Part shown: positions 60,189 through 64,000 of the stretch, piece by piece | How the letters are laid out: every line of letters starts with the position of its first letter | Numbering within the stretch: the stretch's first letter is position 1 | Assembly: GCA_039802605.1 (NCBI GenBank) | Contig: JBDRWW010000005.1 | Span: forward strand, 47,462 to 111,461 | From: a candidate division WOR-3 bacterium | GTDB lineage: Bacteria > Hydrothermota > Hydrothermia > LBFQ01 | Reading direction: 5' to 3' | Length of the DNA: 64,000 bases | The notes under the pieces: generated by a model | Database searches by the model: none | What the model saw: only the letters and a program-made list of their open reading frames with translations | Told to the model about the DNA's origin: nothing | Translations under genes and position numbers: made by a program

Positions 60189-62252
60189 TTAACGCCTTAG
60201 AATTAAACCCAAAGCCAAACCCATAAACAAACCCACAAACCACAAGGTTATGGATATAATCAGCGGCTTCTTATCGTAGAATATCTCAACCATATTACTA
60301 CCTTTGGGAACTTCTAAGGCCATAAATGTCCAATTCGCCCTTAGGATTTTGGTTTCCTTACCATTAACCTTTGCCTTCCAATAGGGATATATCGGCAATG
60401 AAACATATAATATTGCGGGTTTATCCGATTCGTAAGAGAGTTTTATTTTTTCGTAATCGTAATTTAGGATTTTTACGGATTTACAGGGTTGGGGTTCTTT
60501 GTAGTAGCCTTTTGGATTATCTTGTAAGTATAGGGTTGTTTTAACATCGTAGTTTGGGAGGTTTTCAAAGAATGTAGCGCTATCTTTAACCACTTCCGCA
60601 TTGAAGAACAAACAAGCCCTTGGAAGGTTTTCCTTGTTTTCCAAAAATCCCATTTCGTACGCATAGAACTTTACATTGGCCATACTCAAAAGTTTTTCAT
60701 ATCCCTCCACCCTGTTTATCATAAACCTGTAAAAGGAAATGTAAAACTTTGATATTAAAGGCTCATAACCGTCGGTCAATTCTAAGCCGTTAATCATACC
60801 CGAATTTCTCGGCAAAACCATACCCCTTTCAAACCTCGCATTTATTCGGTAATAACCTAGGTATGGGGGTTTAATGGAGGATATGTAATTTGGTTTGTAA
60901 TAATTTTCAACATCCATTTTTCTGCGTATGTAGGGGTTTCCGGCGGAATATAGGTCTATAAAGGCCAATGCCGTTAAGGATAACGCGAGGGCGTTCCTTT
61001 CCTTTAAAGCATATACCAAAACATATGTTCCGGCTAAAAGTAAGAAAAACTTTAAAATTTCCCCGGAATTATCGATTTGGGGTTTTTGGAGGAGAAAGAT
61101 AGAGGACACTACGAGTATTGAAACCGCAATTTTTAATACGGTTTTTGCATCCCTATCCTCCAAAAAGGATTTTAATCCGTATGATGAGAGTATTGATACA
61201 AAAATGGGTAGTATGTGCAAAGCCCTAACGGGATCCCTCAAACCCTTAACAATGCCGGTTGAATATATGATGTTTATTATGGGGTTTTGGTCCCCAAGGG
61301 CCAAAAGGAACATAAGTAAAACTATGAGGGTATAGGCTTTAACTTCGAGGACTTGGCGATTTTTTACAATGCCGTATATTGCGAATATTAAGGCGGGGAT
61401 TGAAAAGTATATACTCATCTGCATGTAGAAGTGATAGGGACCTCCAACATAAAGGGCGCCCTCCTCAATTGATCCGTAAAATTTTGGTATTATTAAAGAA
61501 ACAAACTTGTCAATGTGGTATGATGATTCCAGCAAGGCCTTTATATTCCATTCAAGCCTCTCACTAAAAGAAAACAGATCCTTTGCCTGAAAGTAGTATG
61601 CAAGCACAAAAGGCACAACAACCACCGAGTATAAAAAGAGTGTTTTCAATTTGGACCTATCCTTTGAGGTTAAGAAGAGGTAGTATATAACAACGGAAAG
61701 TAGAAGGTATAGGGGTTTTTGGGGATGACCTGTGTGAAAACCTATTCCGAGTAAAATGGCGGAGATATAAGGTTTATCGTCCAAAAAGTAAAATATCAAA
61801 GGGATTAAGGGTATAAGGTCAAAAACATGGGGATGGACGATAGTTGTTATGTGGTTCATGGAGAAGATATAAACGGTGGCGCCGAAAAGGGATATTAAAT
61901 CGTCAAACCTCTTGCGGAGAAATAGATATGCGAATAAAAATCCGGCCAAATAGTTTAAGGAAACCAGAAAGTTGTATGTGTAAAGGGAATTCTTCATTAA
62001 ACCCACGGCAAGCCTTATAATAAAGAAGGGGTTTAGGGCAAAATATTGGGGTTCGTTCAAGAATGGAAAACCGGAAAATAGGTGATGGTTGAAAAAGGGG
62101 ATTTGCCCCCTCTTTAAGGATTCCGTAAAGAAGTAAAAGGCGGGATAAAACTGTTCTATTGTATCGTCAAAAAGGGTTGAGCCTTGAAAAATTGGCAAGA
62201 AGAAAACTATCCAAAAGGCTAAAATAACAACAAGGGGCAAAACCCTACGCAT
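60189..62252 (-). CDS. YfhO-like GT-C fold membrane protein
   Basis: D..EQFYP, G.IPFFN...FSGFP, GHPQ, YPYWKAKVNG...ILRANWTFMALEVP.G. Confidence 0.85.
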   Translation of the reverse strand: MRRVLPLVVILAFWIVFFLPIFQGSTLFDDTIEQFYPAFYFFTESLKRGQIPFFNHHLFSGFPFLNEPQYFALNPFFIIRLAVGLMKNSLYTYNFLVSLNYLAGFLFAYLFLRKRFDDLISLFGATVYIFSMNHITTIVHPHVFDLIPLIPLIFYFLDDKPYISAILLGIGFHTGHPQKPLYLLLSVVIYYLFLTSKDRSKLKTLFLYSVVVVPFVLAYYFQAKDLFSFSERLEWNIKALLESSYHIDKFVSLIIPKFYGSIEEGALYVGGPYHFYMQMSIYFSIPALIFAIYGIVKNRQVLEVKAYTLIVLLMFLLALGDQNPIINIIYSTGIVKGLRDPVRALHILPIFVSILSSYGLKSFLEDRDAKTVLKIAVSILVVSSIFLLQKPQIDNSGEILKFFLLLAGTYVLVYALKERNALALSLTALAFIDLYSAGNPYIRRKMDVENYYKPNYISSIKPPYLGYYRINARFERGMVLPRNSGMINGLELTDGYEPLISKFYISFYRFMINRVEGYEKLLSMANVKFYAYEMGFLENKENLPRACLFFNAEVVKDSATFFENLPNYDVKTTLYLQDNPKGYYKEPQPCKSVKILNYDYEKIKLSYESDKPAILYVSLPIYPYWKAKVNGKETKILRANWTFMALEVPKGSNMVEIFYDKKPLIISITLWFVGLFMGLALGLILRR

Positions 62253-62276
62253 AAGCCGGAATTTTAATACTGATAG

Positions 62277-62810
62277 TTATAACCACCTTCTAAGCGATAC
62301 CAAGTTTGCCACGGAAGAAATCACCATAAATATTAATGCCGAATATAGGACATAAATCTTGAACCCATAATCGTAAAAGAAGGCTATAAGGGTTAGGGCC
62401 GAAAGTAATCCAAAAACCCTACCTACGGGGTTTGATGATGGAAATTTCCCCTTTAAGATTTTAACCCAAAGGGCGACCAAAGAGGTTATCAATTCCCTAA
62501 GTATTAGGATATAAAGCACCCAAAGTGGTAATCCGTATTTTAAGGTTAGAATGTATGCAATTGTTAGTATTAGTACCTTGTCAACGGTGTGATCTAAAAC
62601 CTTACCGAGATTGGAAACGGCATTCAACCCTCTCGCCAAAAAACCATCCAAACCATCGGATACGGCGGTTAATATCAAGAAAATCCAAAAGGTTATTTTG
62701 TCGTTTTTTAAAAGGGCAAGGATTAAAAAATATCCAAAGAATACACGGCTTAAACTTACGATGTTTGGCAAGTGCTTATAGATGCCTTTTAATCTCCGAG
62801 ATGATGGCAT
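62277..62810 (-). CDS. pgsA: CDP-alcohol phosphatidyltransferase (PgsA-like)
   Basis: PN.VS..R, DGLDGFLAR..N..S..GK.LD...DK. Confidence 0.88.
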   Translation of the reverse strand: MPSSRRLKGIYKHLPNIVSLSRVFFGYFLILALLKNDKITFWIFLILTAVSDGLDGFLARGLNAVSNLGKVLDHTVDKVLILTIAYILTLKYGLPLWVLYILILRELITSLVALWVKILKGKFPSSNPVGRVFGLLSALTLIAFFYDYGFKIYVLYSALIFMVISSVANLVSLRRWL

Positions 62811-63705
62811 CTAAAACCTCTTGTTCTGAACCGTAAACTTTACAACCTGCGGAGAAGTGGTGCCCTCCCCCTCCAAACCTCTGGGCGATCTTTGCAACAT
62901 TGGGGCCCCCTTCCTTACTCCTCAAACCCACCTTCCAATAACCCCTCGGGTCCCATTCCATTTTAAAGGCAACCATCACACCCCTTATGGACAGGGGATA
63001 CTCAACGAATTCCTCGGTATGTTCTTTACTGGTACCCGTTTCTTTAAAGAACTCCTCCCTAATTATCATATACCCGATTTTGCCATCAACAACATTTAAG
63101 GTTTTTAACGCCAAGGATAGCAGTTTATAGGTTTCAAAAGGGGTTTCCCTAAAAACCCTTTCTGCAACCCATTTGGGATTAACCCCTTTGTTTATAAGGT
63201 ATATCGCATCTTCAAAGGATTTTGTTCCATCGCGATTTTTAAAACTTCCCGTATCCGTTAGCAATCCAACATAAAGGGGTAAGGCTACGGAATAGTCAAT
63301 GTTACCTTCATCCCAGAACCTAAGGAATTCTAAAATCACAGAAGTCGCACTGGGATAACTTTCATCGAGTATATCGTATTCCGAATACCTTTCACCCGTA
63401 AGATGATGGTCAAACCTTATTATGGGTTTATCCGGCATAGGAAACCCCGTTCTACTCCAATCACTCGCATCCACGAGGATATAAACATCGGCGTTGGGGA
63501 GGTTTGTAAATATTTCGCAATCTCCCCCAAGAAAATCAAAAACCTTTGGAATCCCATCCTTTAAAACGCCATAAACTTCAAAGCCCTTACTTTTCAAAAA
63601 CCTAAGAAAACCTAAAACACTGCCAACGGCATCACCATCGGGCCTTTCGTGGGAAACTATGGCAATTTTTTGGAATGAGGATATAAATTTAACCGTCTTT
63701 TTCAA
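62776..63705 (-). CDS. nrnA: DHH/DHHA1 phosphoesterase (NrnA-like)
   Basis: H.RPDGDA.GS, DHH, TDTGSF, GGGGH..SAG. Confidence 0.92.
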   Translation of the reverse strand: MKKTVKFISSFQKIAIVSHERPDGDAVGSVLGFLRFLKSKGFEVYGVLKDGIPKVFDFLGGDCEIFTNLPNADVYILVDASDWSRTGFPMPDKPIIRFDHHLTGERYSEYDILDESYPSATSVILEFLRFWDEGNIDYSVALPLYVGLLTDTGSFKNRDGTKSFEDAIYLINKGVNPKWVAERVFRETPFETYKLLSLALKTLNVVDGKIGYMIIREEFFKETGTSKEHTEEFVEYPLSIRGVMVAFKMEWDPRGYWKVGLRSKEGGPNVAKIAQRFGGGGHHFSAGCKVYGSEQEVLDAIISEIKRHL

Positions 63706-63722
63706 ACGGGAATTATATAACG

Positions 63723-64000
63723 GTTAAAATCCATCATAGGTAGGCTAATAATGGGCTCTTAGTTTTTGTTCGTTTCAACCCCTTATAGGTAGGCTAATAA
63801 CTGCGTTTGGTGAAGACATACTCCTGAGCGCTACATAGTTTCAACCCCTTATAGGTAGGCTAATAACCACTTTCTGCAACTAAGAAGGCTCCGTTGTCGG
63901 CTACCAGTTTCAACCCCTTATAGGTAGGCTAATAACCTCACCAAGGTCTATGCGTGCCTTATTGAGATTTTCGTTTCAACCCCTTATAGGTAGGCTAATA
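63723..64000 (-). CRISPR. CRISPR array, trailer end; continues beyond the window
   Basis: 30-bp repeat GTTTCAACCCCTTATAGGTAGGCTAATAAC at 63772, 63838, 63907 and 63973 (cut by the edge); spacers of 36, 39 and 36 bp; degenerate copy at 63723-63752; reverse complement ends in GAAAC. Confidence 0.96.

Overview
Very gene-dense, moderately AT-rich bacterial chromosome segment from a diderm (kdsB, TolC, beta-barrel proteins, T9SS-type CTDs). It is probably a thermophile (E/K-rich proteins, AGG arginine codons, GC-rich tRNA stems). The content resembles FCB-associated candidate lineages such as WOR-3, which is an inference only. Housekeeping genes are scattered out of their usual operons: dnaJ, pyrB, uvrC, secDF, recG, PBP1A, acnA, kdsB, nadC, dnaE, pgsA, nrnA and two solitary nuoA. 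The window also holds three tRNA genes (Asn-GTT, Met-CAT, Ser-GGA), a PorU-like C25 peptidase and FG-GAP/T9SS-type cargo proteins. There is a Rieske/cytochrome b/pentaheme cytochrome c operon, a copper-resistance cluster (decayed copB, YtkA-like, cusB, cusA, TolC), a tandem array of five mosaic Uma2 nucleases, and the trailer end of a CRISPR array at the right edge. The most unusual patterns are: (1) about 19 first-of-unit genes have a TANNNT -10 box 6-10 nt before the start codon and no Shine-Dalgarno, implying leaderless mRNAs; (2) all three tRNAs lack an encoded CCA and are followed within 1-3 nt by a TTG-initiated gene, resembling tRNA punctuation; (3) many envelope proteins (TolC, PorU, lytic transglycosylase, beta-barrels) have only a 5-7 residue hydrophobic N-terminus instead of a normal signal peptide; (4) several genes are decaying by small internal deletions; (5) a 25-bp direct repeat and a 16-bp inverted repeat bracket parts of the copper region. 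All product calls come from motif recognition by eye, with no database searches.
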